From the NCBI RefSeq assembly GCF_009914755.1, contig NC_060930.1: 64,000 nt of DNA; one strand, given 5' to 3'. The notes beneath the pieces were generated by a model. That model did not search any database and was not told where the DNA came from. It worked only from the letters and a program-made list of their open reading frames with translations. The position numbers were made by a program, and so were the translations under genes. Origin of the DNA: the human T2T-CHM13v2.0 reference genome, Homo sapiens. Of this stretch, positions 1 to 16,995 are shown in pieces (position 1 is the first letter of the stretch; each line of letters starts with the position of its first letter).

Positions 1-97
1 GGGGGTTGGTGGGGGTGGGTGGACATAAATAGGTGCTTTTAGTACAGTATGATATGGGCTATGGGGGTATAACTAAGCCATTTTTGTCAGGGACTGA

Positions 98-397
<300 letters not shown>

Positions 398-409
398 AGT
401 TAATCTTAT

Positions 410-1600
<1,191 letters not shown>

Positions 1601-1645
1601 TGCACCTACGGTCATGTTTTACTTCTTCCTCATAAAAGTTAAGGT

Positions 1646-1989
<344 letters not shown>

Positions 1990-2109
1990 CTAGGCAGTAG
2001 CTATTTTGAAAACTCAGGACTAAAGGAATTCCTGGGAGTATGTATAGGATGATTAGAGTTGCAGTTTCCATTGTCATGCAGTAGAACATCTTGCGGGGGT
2101 AGGTACACA

Positions 2110-2207
2110 ATGGTGAGCCATCAGCAGGCAACATTGCCAGCAGCTGGAGGAATAAGGGTCTTGGTCCTGAATGGTTATCCGGATGGTGGACAACCGCTGC
2201 CTCTACA
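2110..2207 (-). mobile_element. LTR16-like (ERVL) LTR fragment
   Basis: 'cagcagctggaggaataagggtcttggtcctgaa...gcctctaca' resembles the reverse complement of the LTR16 5' end as I recall it. Confidence 0.4.
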
Positions 2208-2627
2208 CATGGCCTGCAAGACCTTATATAGCCTGCCTTCTTATGCTACCACCTCTGGGATCTCATTCCTACTGTTTTTCCCTTCCCTTTGCTTACTTTG
2301 CTGTACCCACATTGTCTTTTTTTGCAAATGTTGTTTGAACATGTCCAAGCAAACATGCTTTAGTTTCAGGCTTCTGTACTTGCTATCTGATTGACTGGCC
2401 ATTTCCTTCCTTTCTGTTCAAATGCCACCTTTAATAAAGGCCTCACTGAGTGATTTAATATAGCACACCCTGCCTTCAAACTCTCTCTATCCCTTTATCC
2501 TGCTTTTCTTCATGAAACGCATCCCTCTGACGTTGCATAAACATTTAGTTGGGTTTTTGCCTATGTTGCTGGTGGGAATGTGAACTCTGGGAGGGTGGGG
2601 ACTGCACGCCATTAGTGTATTATTTGA

Positions 2628-3353
<726 letters not shown>

Positions 3354-4480
3354 GATTGCCAGTAAAATATAAACAAAGGTAGTAGTTGATATTATGTATT
3401 GCTTATTGTGGGACTCTTAGACTGGTGACTTCACCCAGAGCATTTTACATGTAACGAGATTTACAACAAAGACCTTCTATGTACCCCTGTTTTCAGCACT
3501 GCATCTATTGTGGAAAATAATGTAAATGAATTGCACCTTCTAAGGGTGTGCTGGTTTGTCATTACAATATACTCTTATCATTGGACAAACTTCAATTGAA
3601 ATAAATATGTATTTATCTGAAGGCAGAAATTATGCTATTATCATTAATAATTCAGAAGAGTTTTCAGTTAAGCATTAACAACATCATTGCCTTTGGCTGT
3701 GATCTGACTGCTTGAACTCATAGTAGTATCAAATTATTTTTCTCAATGAAGACAAAATTAAACTCCAGATAACCAGAACTCAGAAATCTCAACTCTTTAA
3801 TCAGCATATGCTCCTTTGAGCATGTATCTTATAAGAAAGAGATATATAATTGTAAAACATATCAAGGATTTAACATTTTTGAAGTGTCTTTTCCTGGAGA
3901 TATCCTGGGATCTGTATCCATTTGGCCCAGTGTCCTATGACAACCTCATCTATAGAACATTAAAGATTCTGGTTCCAAACATGACCCTGCACAATTTGAA
4001 AATCCCTTGTCATCAAAGAAAGATTAAATTATGTTCATTACGTGAAAACATGGACTAATTAATGTATATCCTAAAGACGTCAGCGATAACTATAGAAAGG
4101 CTTCCTTTCATTGGGTGGGAGATTTAATTGGCTGATCTATGCTGTCCCTGCTAATGCTGAGATTCTCTGATTCCCTCACCTCTTACCGCACTCAGAAGGC
4201 TCAAAGTATAAATGGGTTTCTGGTTAACCTTTAGTGAATCAGTAATTTGATTTATCAAAACACCTCATTCAGTCTAGGAGTCTAATAATATGTTTAGCGC
4301 ATGTGCTTTTGTCAGAAGAATCTTCATAAAACATAGTGATCGTAGACAAGAGAATGCGTCTTTTTGATTTCCTAGACCAATAGTGGATGCTTCTCTACAT
4401 TGCAAGTCAGCATAGTGTGATTCTTTAGGCTCCCAGTGGTGTTGAAGTTACTTTTGTTACTTGTCATGCTTCCTTTATTG

Positions 4481-4522
4481 CGTATGTGTGTGTGTTTGTG
4501 TGTGTGTGTGCGTATGTGTGTG
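4481..4522. repeat. (TG)n microsatellite, interrupted
   Basis: Direct read. Confidence 0.85.
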
Positions 4523-5288
4523 TAAAAAGCAATAACAGTGGTGTTACTTTTGGAGATTTTTATCTACATGTATTTTTTACTCTATTAATTTTGCAGTGGA
4601 AGTAATGTGTTTCCATCTAATATACATCTTGTAGGCCAGTATCACTCTCAGCACTTCACATTCACCCCTAATTTTTTTTGTTAAAGGCATGTTTCCACCT
4701 CAGACACTAATTATTAAAATCGCATGATTTGCCAGATAAACACAACCAAGTAGTGTCATTTGAGCAACAAATCAATGAGCAAATATTGATTCAACACACA
4801 TTCCACATGAGTATGACACCATCTGCGGTTCTGTACATGATTTATACAGGAAGACACAGAGTGTCTCTGCCTTTAAATGGCTCAAAGTCAAATTAGTGGT
4901 AGACTATGGAGAAAACGCAGAAAATCTTAATGAAAACTCTTAAACCAATTTTCAACAGCTGCTAACACAGCAGTGTGGTCATTCATTGAGTATCTGCTGA
5001 GTGCCCTGCTACAAGTTGGAAGGCGTGCTGAGGGCTGGGGTTGCACAGGGATGTGACACAGTCCTGGTCCTCTGGGAGTTTACCGAATGGAGTTTACCAT
5101 CTTTGACCGTACAGTTAGTAAGATGAAATGATCACCTTCAGTAATCCATAAGTGTGAATACAGTAATTATGTTGATTACTCCTAGGTAAATTGTCTGGAA
5201 GGTCTAATATCTGTTATAGAAAGAGTAGTCTTCATTGCTAGTTACTGGTGAATTTGCTTGTGGATCTCTAAATTGTGGGGTGTGTGTA

Positions 5289-5326
5289 TGAGAGAGAGAG
5301 AGTGAGAGAGAGAGAGAGAAGAGAGA
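5289..5326. repeat. (GA)n microsatellite
   Basis: Direct read. Confidence 0.85.
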
Positions 5327-5404
5327 ATGTCTGTAGTAAATCATGTTGGATTTGGGAGTTCTATATATTTCCAATTCTATTTTCAGCCTGTATCTTTTCT
5401 TGTA

Positions 5405-5615
5405 GATGGTATAATGCAGTTAGAAAGAGCATGACTGCTGACTTTGGAGTTCATAGTTCTAGTTTTAAGTTTGACTTTGCAACTTACCAGCTGCATGCAA
5501 TTAGGCAAATAACATAAGCTCCATGAGCCTCCACTTATGCATCTATAAAGAAAACACAATAAGAAAACCTAACCTATCTATGTCATCTGTTATGTGAGGG
5601 CTCAAATGAGACAAT
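5405..5615 (+). mobile_element. MIR
   Basis: 'ggtataatgcagttagaaagagcatg...acttaccagctg...ggcaaataacataagctccatgagcctc' matches the MIR head and core. Confidence 0.6.
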
Positions 5616-5630
5616 AAAAATAAAATGAGG

Positions 5631-5944
5631 GGCCGGGTGCGGTGGCTGACACGCCTGTAATCCCAGCACTTTGGGAGGCTGAGGCGGGCGGATCCTGAGG
5701 TCAGGAGATCAAGACCATCCTGGCTAACATGGTAAAACACCGTCTCTACTGAAAATACAAAAACAAAATTAGCCGGGCGTGGTGGCGGGCGCCTGTAGTC
5801 CCAGCTACTCAGGAGGCTGAGGCAGGAGAATGGCGTGGACCCAGGAGGCAGAGCTTGCAGTGAGCCGAGATTGTGCTGCTGCACTGCACCCTGGGTGACG
5901 GAGTGAGACTGTGTCTCAAAAAATAAAAATAAAATAAAATAAAA
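5631..5944 (+). mobile_element. AluY inserted directly in front of an older Alu
   Basis: AluY diagnostics (atggcgtg, gagcttgcag); TSD aaaataaaatgagg at ~5617-5630 and ~5936-5949. Confidence 0.92.
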
Positions 5945-5948
5945 TGAG

Positions 5949-6262
5949 GGCCGGGCGCAATGGCTCATGCCTATAATCCCAGCACTTTTGGAGGCCAAGG
6001 CAGGGCAGATCACTTCAGGCCAGGAGTTCGAGACCAGCCTGGGCAACATAGTGAAACCCCGTCTCTACTAAAAATACAAAAATTAGGTGGGTGTGGTTGT
6101 GGGTGCCTGTAATCCCAGGTACTCAGGAGGCTGAGGCATGAGAATTGCTTGAACCCGGGAAGTGGAGGTTGCAGTGAGCCGAGAACGCACCACTGCACTT
6201 CAGCCTGGGCAACAGAGCGAGATTTTGTCTCAAAATAAATAAGTAAATAAATAAATAAATAA
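5949..6262 (+). mobile_element. AluS with (TAAA)n tail
   Basis: Full Alu dimer. Confidence 0.92.
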
Positions 6263-7153
6263 GTGAAATGAAAGGATTTAGAAAATTAGAAATACTCTAT
6301 GGAAATAGTAATGGGTGGTGGTGAAAGACTGGTTCTCATTAAATACCTCTTCTATGAAAGAGGTGTTTTCATGAAACATGGTTTTCAGTTTTTGAAGATA
6401 ATTTTGGTTGCATCCAAGGGCAAGTTATAGTTTGTGGGCCTAATAGTAGTATGATGGAAATTTAAGGACTCTGGCTCATGTCCTTGAACATTTATCATTG
6501 ATAAAGGGAAATCCATGTGTCAAGTGATAATTCTAGGATTCTAAATTTCACTTGCAAACCAGGCTTAGACTTAACTTTCGCAATGTGAAAGAATTATGTA
6601 AAAGCTGGCCATGTGCGTGTTTTGTTTTTGTTTCACTGAGTAAAGTTTCCGATCTATCAAGAAGATGTTGGCGCTCTAATGTTCATTCATTTATGTAAAC
6701 ACTGCTTCAATGTAAGCTTATGTTTATGCTGCCGTATGTTTTGTTCACGGGTGTAACCCCAGTGCCTAGAGCAGGGCCTGGTCACGAACAGATGCTCAAT
6801 GGATTTTTCTTAAATTAATGACCGTGTTGAGGGACTGTTGTGTTTTAGGCACTCTGCAAGGCATTTGGAAATATTGGGAAAGTAGAGTAAAGGTGTGTGA
6901 CCTGAAGAACCTCAAAATCGAGCAGGGAGAAAGAAAAATAAACAGCAAATGACAACTGTTTAACAAGTGAGGAGTTATGGGGACCTGGATGTGGGGAAGG
7001 TTTGCAGTCAGGAAGATTTCATGGAGGCGATGGTGACAATTATGTTCCATGTAATCTGTTCTTCTTCGAAGGGCATTGGGGGCGGTGGGAGTGCTTAGCT
7101 CTCTTTACAGGCAATGAGAGAGTTCACTGTCTGTAGGAAATTTAGGAACAATA

Positions 7154-7411
7154 GACCCCGCATGGTGGCTCATGCCTGTAATCCCAGCACTTTCGGAAGC
7201 CGAGGTGGGTGGATGACGAAGTCAGCCTGACCAACATAGTGAAACCCTGTCTCTACTAAAAATACAAAAATTAGCCGGGAATGATGGTCCATGCCTGTAG
7301 TCCCAGCTACTGAGGAGGCTGAGGCAGGAGAATCACTGGAACCCTGGAGGCAGAGTTTGCAGTGAGCCTGAGATTGGGCTCCAGCCTGGGTGACAGAGCG
7401 AAACTCAGTCT

Positions 7412-7458
<47 letters not shown>
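7154..7458 (+). mobile_element. AluS with internal deletions and A46 tail
   Basis: Alu body missing short segments in both arms; pure A run 7413-7458. Confidence 0.9.
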
Positions 7459-7459
<1 letters not shown>

Positions 7460-7549
7460 AATAATAAAATTGACTATTAAAGTCAGTCTGTGCTTTTATT
7501 ATCCCTATGCAGGGGATAATTCTGAAGTAAGACTGTGATAAAACACTCG

Positions 7550-7881
<332 letters not shown>

Positions 7882-7931
7882 TCAGATACTTGAACTCCAG
7901 AGACAATCGTCTCTTTGAAGGTAGAGCCTTC

Positions 7932-8672
<741 letters not shown>

Positions 8673-10180
8673 GTAGAGCCTTCTGGCTTGGTAATAATTT
8701 TACAGATGTGTTGTATTAAACAAAACAAAACACTGAAAAAAACCTTAACTGTGAATACACATACGATCCAAGATAACCCCAGGAAAAAAGAAAATATGTT
8801 TTCTCTAACTCTTAGAAGTTTAGAAAAGCTTTTCTTTTCTCATTCTTTCAAAGCAAGATGATCTTTTTAAAAATCTGCTGCATCTTAAAATTGATACCTT
8901 CTTGGGTCAGCCTCATGTACTATCACACTTCTATTATCAAAGAATGACCTTTCATTTGTTGAAAGATAATTTTTATGAAAAATTGATGTTGAATTCCACC
9001 ATGTGCCTTTTCAAAGTCCTAGCTTGATCTACCAGGGGATTATTGTTATATAGTTCTTTTATTCCTAGACTTAAACAAAACAAAAACCTTTCTTGTACCA
9101 GCCAACTGTGTCCCAAAATTCATAACTCAGTACTCATCATTCTCTGTTGAAATTTTATCTTCTCAGTGTTGTGCAATATTTTGGATGTTGTCCATATTAT
9201 AGGCTAGTCAGGATCTGCCACCTTGCTATTTTTCAGGTATGTAGAAGGAGGTGGAAAATTAGTCTCAATATCTGAATCAAACAAAAAATCCGTTTATGAA
9301 AGTTCTGAATTCCTTAGGATAAATTTTTGTTCTTTGAAGGCTATGACTTATCAAATGGTACCTAATGCTGTGTGGATAGCCGTGCCCGCCAAAGTAGCTT
9401 ATTTACCCGGCAGGATTGAGACCACTGATTTTTGTAGAGTAAGTCATAACAGCCTATTAACATTCCGTTATGCTGAGCATAGAACTAATAGGAGAACATC
9501 TGTGAGGTCAGAGATCAGAAGTAGACTTCAGAATGTACTATTCAAAAAAGGATGCAATGGAGAACATTTACAGAGGACTGTGGGTAAAGCAAAGTCTTCA
9601 AGGGAAGATAACAAAGGATGAAACAATGGTGTTGTGTGACTTCCTAGTGAGTGAGATACTGTGAATTTAATCTATAGCTAACTTAATTTACTCTTCATCA
9701 AAATTTAGCTGACTCCAACATGCATACACCTTTTGAGCTTCCTCTAATTTTCTGTTATTAGGGTTTTACATATTTAGCTCAACTAATTGAATTAGAAGAT
9801 GCAGGAACATTGTCGGAATGTTTGAATCTCATTTAATGCTTCATATTGGGACAGACGAGGCACTCCGAAGGCAGAAAGGCCAGTTGGGACACAACTGCTG
9901 GGGAGGGGCAGGAGGCTGTGGCCATTCCTATAAGACAGTTCAGGGGGCCGTTCCAAGCCAGGGAGACCTGGCAGGGATCTGAGAAATACACAATAAGTGA
10001 AATGGAACAATTTTTCTACTGTTTTAGCTATTATCTAGAACCCATGTTAGACCCTTAACTGGCCTTGGCGTGAACTTGACATTTGAATCATTTGGGAGCT
10101 TTAGGCAGTAAAAACTGGAAGAATATACCTGGAAAAGCAGGTTTGAATGCGAGGATTAAGTTATATTAAGATTAAATTGG

Positions 10181-10455
<275 letters not shown>

Positions 10456-10639
10456 TTACATTGTGGTAGGCATTGAGAGGTGTAAAGTAAATAAAATAGA
10501 ACCCTCACTTTCAAGTGACAGCTCTAGAGAGCCTATATCCCGAAGGCTCTAGAACCTGCAAACTTCAAAAGAACCCCGGCAATGTGTGAAATAAGTTTAA
10601 AGTAAATATTACTTAATTGCTCATTCAGTCATCGAATAG

Positions 10640-10970
10640 CCATTGTTTGGGTGGAAATTGGGGAAGAAAATGTGTTGCTTAAGAACACGATAAGGAAGGA
10701 GTGGTCAGACAAGTAGAAGGATTGCTGGGAAGAATCGTGTCCAGAAAACAGAGGGAAGAGATAATTTCCAGAAGGAAAGGGTGGGTCAACTGTATCACAT
10801 GCCACAGAGAAGCCAAGTGAAGATAAGCTTACAAAAGTGAGTAGTGGTGATACGGAGGTAATTGGTGACCTTTAGGAGAACTGATTAGTGGGAGTGGTAT
10901 GGGGGAAAGCCTGTTTGCAGGAAGTTAAGGAGTGAAGCCGACTCTTATAAGACTCTTTAGAAAGAGAAGG
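10640..10970 (-). mobile_element. L2 fragment
   Basis: 'aaatgccacagagaag..caagtgaagataag...ggaggtaattggtgacctt' is typical antisense L2 text. Confidence 0.55.
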
Positions 10971-11254
10971 GGCGTGTATGAGATAAAGGAGGGTGAAATA
11001 TGGGACAAATTCCCTCAGTTTGTAATTGTGTGATTTTGCAAAACTTATTTACTTACTCTGTGCCTCAGTTTCCTTGTCTGTAAAACAATAGATGATACTA
11101 GTAGCTCTTATTTGAGAGAAGCAAATGAGTCAACACCATTATACGCAGTAGATTCTTATTAGATTGATATCTTAAAAGAAGTCCAGTAAAAATGCAATTG
11201 TAATGTAAAGAGCAATTCCAGTTTATGGGTTTGAAAGTATTTCTCTTTTTTATG

Positions 11255-11750
11255 TATTTTTAATTATGATTAAAAAACAATGTGAAACTTACTGTCTTTA
11301 CTATTTCTAAGTACACTATTCAGCAGTGTTAAGTATATCACATCATCGTGCAGCCAATCTCCATAACCTTTCATCTTGCAAAACTGAAATTCTATATCCA
11401 CTAACCAACAGCTCACCATTTCCCGCTCCCCGCAGCTCCTGGCAACCACCATGCTCCTGGCAACCACCATGCTCCTTTCTGTCTCTGAGTTTCAGTACTC
11501 TGGATACTCCATGTGATGGAATCACACCCTATTTGTTTTTGTGTAACTGGCTTATTTCACTTAACATGATGTCTTCCAAGTTCATCCATGTTGTAGCCTG
11601 CATCAGACTTCTTTTCTTTTTAAAGGCTGAATAATATTCCATTGTATGTATATGTCACATTGTGTTTTTCCATTTATCCAATGATGGACATTTAGGCAGC
11701 TTCCACCTTTTGGCTATTGTGACTAACGCTCTGTGAGGAAGGGTGTATAA
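11255..11750 (-). mobile_element. Old L1 (L1M-type) 3' end fragment
   Basis: 'ctggcttatttcacttaacatgatgtcttccaagttcatccatgttgtagc', 'aggctgaataatattccattgtatg', 'ttccaccttttggctattgtga' are antisense L1 3'-region motifs. Confidence 0.85.
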
Positions 11751-12289
11751 ATAACTATTTCTCTTTTTTAAACTAGTGATGTTTACTCTTCTGCATGTGT
11801 GTGAGTCATGGCTGGTTTAAGGCCAGCACAAGAATGGATCATGCAGGGGAGGTGGAAGCTCTCAGGAGAAATCTACAAGACCACAGGTTGGAGACAGAGC
11901 TCAGAGACAGAAAAGCATTTTTCCTTTAGAACATAGAAGTACCATTCACAAGAGTACTGTGCTCCTGGCGGTATTTTCCAACAGAGAAGGGAAAGTCCTG
12001 TCTTCAGTTCGTTTTTAAACTTAAGCTGCTAGAGGACCTCAGGTGTGTCTCTCATTGTGTTGGGATGTCAAAACATTTTGCTTTACTGTGCAATTTATTT
12101 TTCCTTGTATTGTATAGAGCAGTGATAATGAGGGGCAGGAAGCCTCTAGATAGCTGAAGAGCCCATTACAGAAGTCCTACTGTGAGTTAACTGCAAAGGT
12201 TAGATGAATCTAGGAGCTGAGAGTGGGCCCCATCCCCTGCTGTGGGTGGTTAATTCCTGGTGGTTTTCGGCATTTGTCCTATTTAATTA

Positions 12290-13399
<1,110 letters not shown>

Positions 13400-14544
13400 T
13401 AGGTGGCTTGATGTTGAATAAGCTAATGCAGAACTGTGTGCAAAGTAGACTGGGACTGCCATTTCTAGATGAAAAGAAAGGAGGGGGAAAGGAGAATACA
13501 TTTTTACAGCCACCTTTTTCTATGGCCTACTTAATGATCATAATGGCTTCCACCCCCCGGAACTAGATGCTAGTCTTATGGCCCCCTCTCTCATTCAAAT
13601 GTTTTGGGAACACCTCCGATGTTCTGCTGCTTCCACCCTGGAGTCTCAGGGTCACCTCCCACTCTTTCAGATCCCCTTCCCTGGTTGTCTTCGGCCCTAT
13701 GCCTCATCCCAACTCCTTTGAACTTTTGTTTTACCCAGTTGCTGGTTCCTTTAGATGCACGAACAGTGACAGTCTGCTGAGTTATGTGAATGATGTTGGG
13801 TATTACTGCCACCAGCAGTTCTAAAGCTCCCCCTCTTCACATTCTTTGTCCCAGAAGGGGCTCTCAATGCTGAAGGTAAATCGCTTCGTGTGAGAATGCG
13901 GGCCTCTTGTTTGGGAGAGTCTGCTTGGCCTCTGAATACAGAAGCATAAACTTCAGGACATTACTTAGGCCATTACTTGAGGACATTACTTAGGGAAGTA
14001 TTTTTTTGTCTTGGTAGGTTTTTAAATGTTGGTTTAAAAACCTAAATAGAAGTGACTTTTTCAGAATAATAACTTGTGAGGAACAACTGGTCCTGGTGGA
14101 TAAAGCCTAGACTCAGAATCAATAGACCAGGATTGTTTTTCTCCTTGTTCAAATATCTGTGTGGTCTCTGAAGTAAACAGAGCAACACTTTCCCTAAATG
14201 TAAATATTTTCGGCAGATGGGGATTTTTAAAAGCTTGTGGCTCGCCTGGACAAAGGATTTTTAATTATTCTTTCTGAAATTTTATGAAAGAATGGGAGAA
14301 AAGAATAAGAAAAAAAAAAAATCCGGAGCAATTAGAAAGAAGAAGATCCCAGTGATTATAGGCAGGGGAAGGGGACGTTGAGGGCTGGCAGGTACCCAGG
14401 GCATGGAGGGAGAGAAGACAGAATTCCAGACAAGACCAGGAAGCAAGACTTTGCTTCTCCAGCCAGTGTATGTTGGTTTTACTTGACTGGCAGTGCAGAT
14501 TATGAAAAAACAAACCTAGATATACTGGAAACTAGATCCCAGCC

Positions 14545-14845
<301 letters not shown>

Positions 14846-16884
14846 AATCCCAACATTTTCTACTTCAAAATGGTCTAAAGTTCTGTCTGGTCTGGTAGGT
14901 TTTCCCTGGACTTTTATCTCTTGTTTCCTCCATCTTCCCACTGCCTTTGGTGGCCCAGTTCACACTCATTACAAACTTTTCTCCCTAAATAGAACTTTTC
15001 CTCTGCTTCCCTCTCCTACCATGGTTTACCTGTTCAATTGATTATGTACTTTGAGCATTGACCAATAGATTCCTGTATGAAGTAAATTTATTCTAAAGGT
15101 TTAATAGCTAGGTATTTTATCAAGGGGCTTTGGTGCCTAAGAGACCAAGCTATGGTGGGGATTTGAGTCTTTAGACAAGCAGCCCAGGAAGAGATTGTTT
15201 TGAGAGCAGTTCGGCTTCTTGGTGCTCCTGAACGTCTTGTAGGTATATATGCTTCATGAGGCAAAATTGTGACTCTGGACTTACTAAAATACGTTCCGTA
15301 GTAAGAATTTTTTAAAAAATGCAGTTTTCTATGACTCAACTTTAGAGGTTTTCATTAAATATTAGAGCTGGAAAGGACCAATACTGGTCACACTCTAAAG
15401 AAGTTTTTTCATGAATTGATACATATCTAATTTGTTGATACCTCTTAAAGTGAGAGAAGGCAAAGAAAGCTCCTGAGATTGTGCTTGTCTTGATCAATAC
15501 AAGCACAATGAGTTGCTGAGATGAATGAGTTTGGCAATTGGCTATAATCTGAGAATGTTCCGAATTTAGTAGATTGGGGATGTGTTTGTGTTCCCAGGTT
15601 AATTGCTTATTTAGCTGGCATTCATTTGGGGCTGCTAGTCCATTTGTTAATTCTGAAAGTTGTTGGACATTTGTTTAATAAAAACAAATATATTTGGAGA
15701 AATCCAGCATCCCAAGTAGCCACATTAGTAGGAATTAAGTAGGTACAAAGTAATGGTTTAAGAAATGATAGTCTTTTGTATGGCAAGGTAAAAGCAAAAT
15801 GTCTTTTAGAAGGAAAATTTCAAATTGATTAATTTTTAAAGTCTGTTATCCTGTTTAATACTTGTGTATCTCTGAGAATATAAATGAGGTAAAGAGGTAA
15901 TTAAGACATTTAATATTTGTATCACAACTGTGGAAGATATGAAATTGTTATTTTCCAATTGATCATTACGTAAGAGAGATTTGAGAACATTTTGATTAGA
16001 ATCACTTAGACTTTTCTGTCCCTATATGAAGCGTACCAGATTGAGGCATTTTCCTAGTAATTACAGGAAGTCTTATTTAATTAAATAAAACTGTTTCTCA
16101 TGGTGTTTCTGGCCTTCAGTAACTGAAGGTTTTTATTTTGATTATGTGTTTTTTGTTTTCAGAGACTGTATTTACCATCTAGAAGCATATCAAGCCCATC
16201 ACAAAAGTGTGTACAAAACAACAGCTTAATTTAACTTGAGATTCAATATTGGCCCTTTTACCTAAAGCACCTGATTTTTGAATACCAGTTGTGACCATCT
16301 ATTGACACATGCTAGGAATACATGCTAGTTTTTGTAACGAGAAGATAAATGAAAAGGCTCTTAGAATTATTAGAAAACAATATTTTCTTTTTGACTTTTT
16401 CCAGAGAAAAATCAAGACAAGACTTTGTTCTATTTCATCAAGTCCTTGACGCCTCCTCCCAGCTGGTCAGGTTCTTTTTATGTGGCATTTAAGCCTTGAG
16501 TTGTTGTGAGTCAACAAATGGACAACAGCAAATGTTCAGCCATCTTATTGGTGTTAAGCCTAGCAAATAGGCAAATTATATGAATACACCAAATGCATAA
16601 ACAAGTTTTCATGAGCCAACGATTCCAAATGAGCCCAGCAGCTGCCAGTTATGTCCTTAAGAATAGAAGTGGCCCTACTCATCCTCTAATCTGTTATTGC
16701 CCCAAGTTGGGAAATGTCAGCTGTAAGATTTATAGATTTAGGGCTCTGGAATAACAAGTTGCCTCTTAGAACTTTTCAGCTCTAAAAGCTTCTTGTTAGC
16801 CAGCTAGACAGAGATATAGAAACATATTTATGCTTTCCATATATAATTCTTGAATCATTTACAACATCAGTGGTGGGCTTTAAA

Positions 16885-16885
16885 A

Positions 16886-16918
<33 letters not shown>

Positions 16919-16954
16919 AACATATAAATTACACACACACACATTATAACATAA

Positions 16955-16988
<34 letters not shown>

Positions 16989-16995
16989 TCTCTCT
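16885..16995. repeat. (TA)n/(CA)n compound microsatellite with duplicated 'tataacata(ta)aattacac' unit
   Basis: Direct read. Confidence 0.85.

Noticed and set aside
1-22. G-run cluster (possible G-quadruplex or promoter)
   Set aside because: Truncated by the window edge, irregular G tracts, and no CpG island anywhere in the window.
9223-9621. 132-aa non-Alu ORF
   Set aside because: Non-ATG start, no recognisable domain, no exon boundaries; length is compatible with chance.
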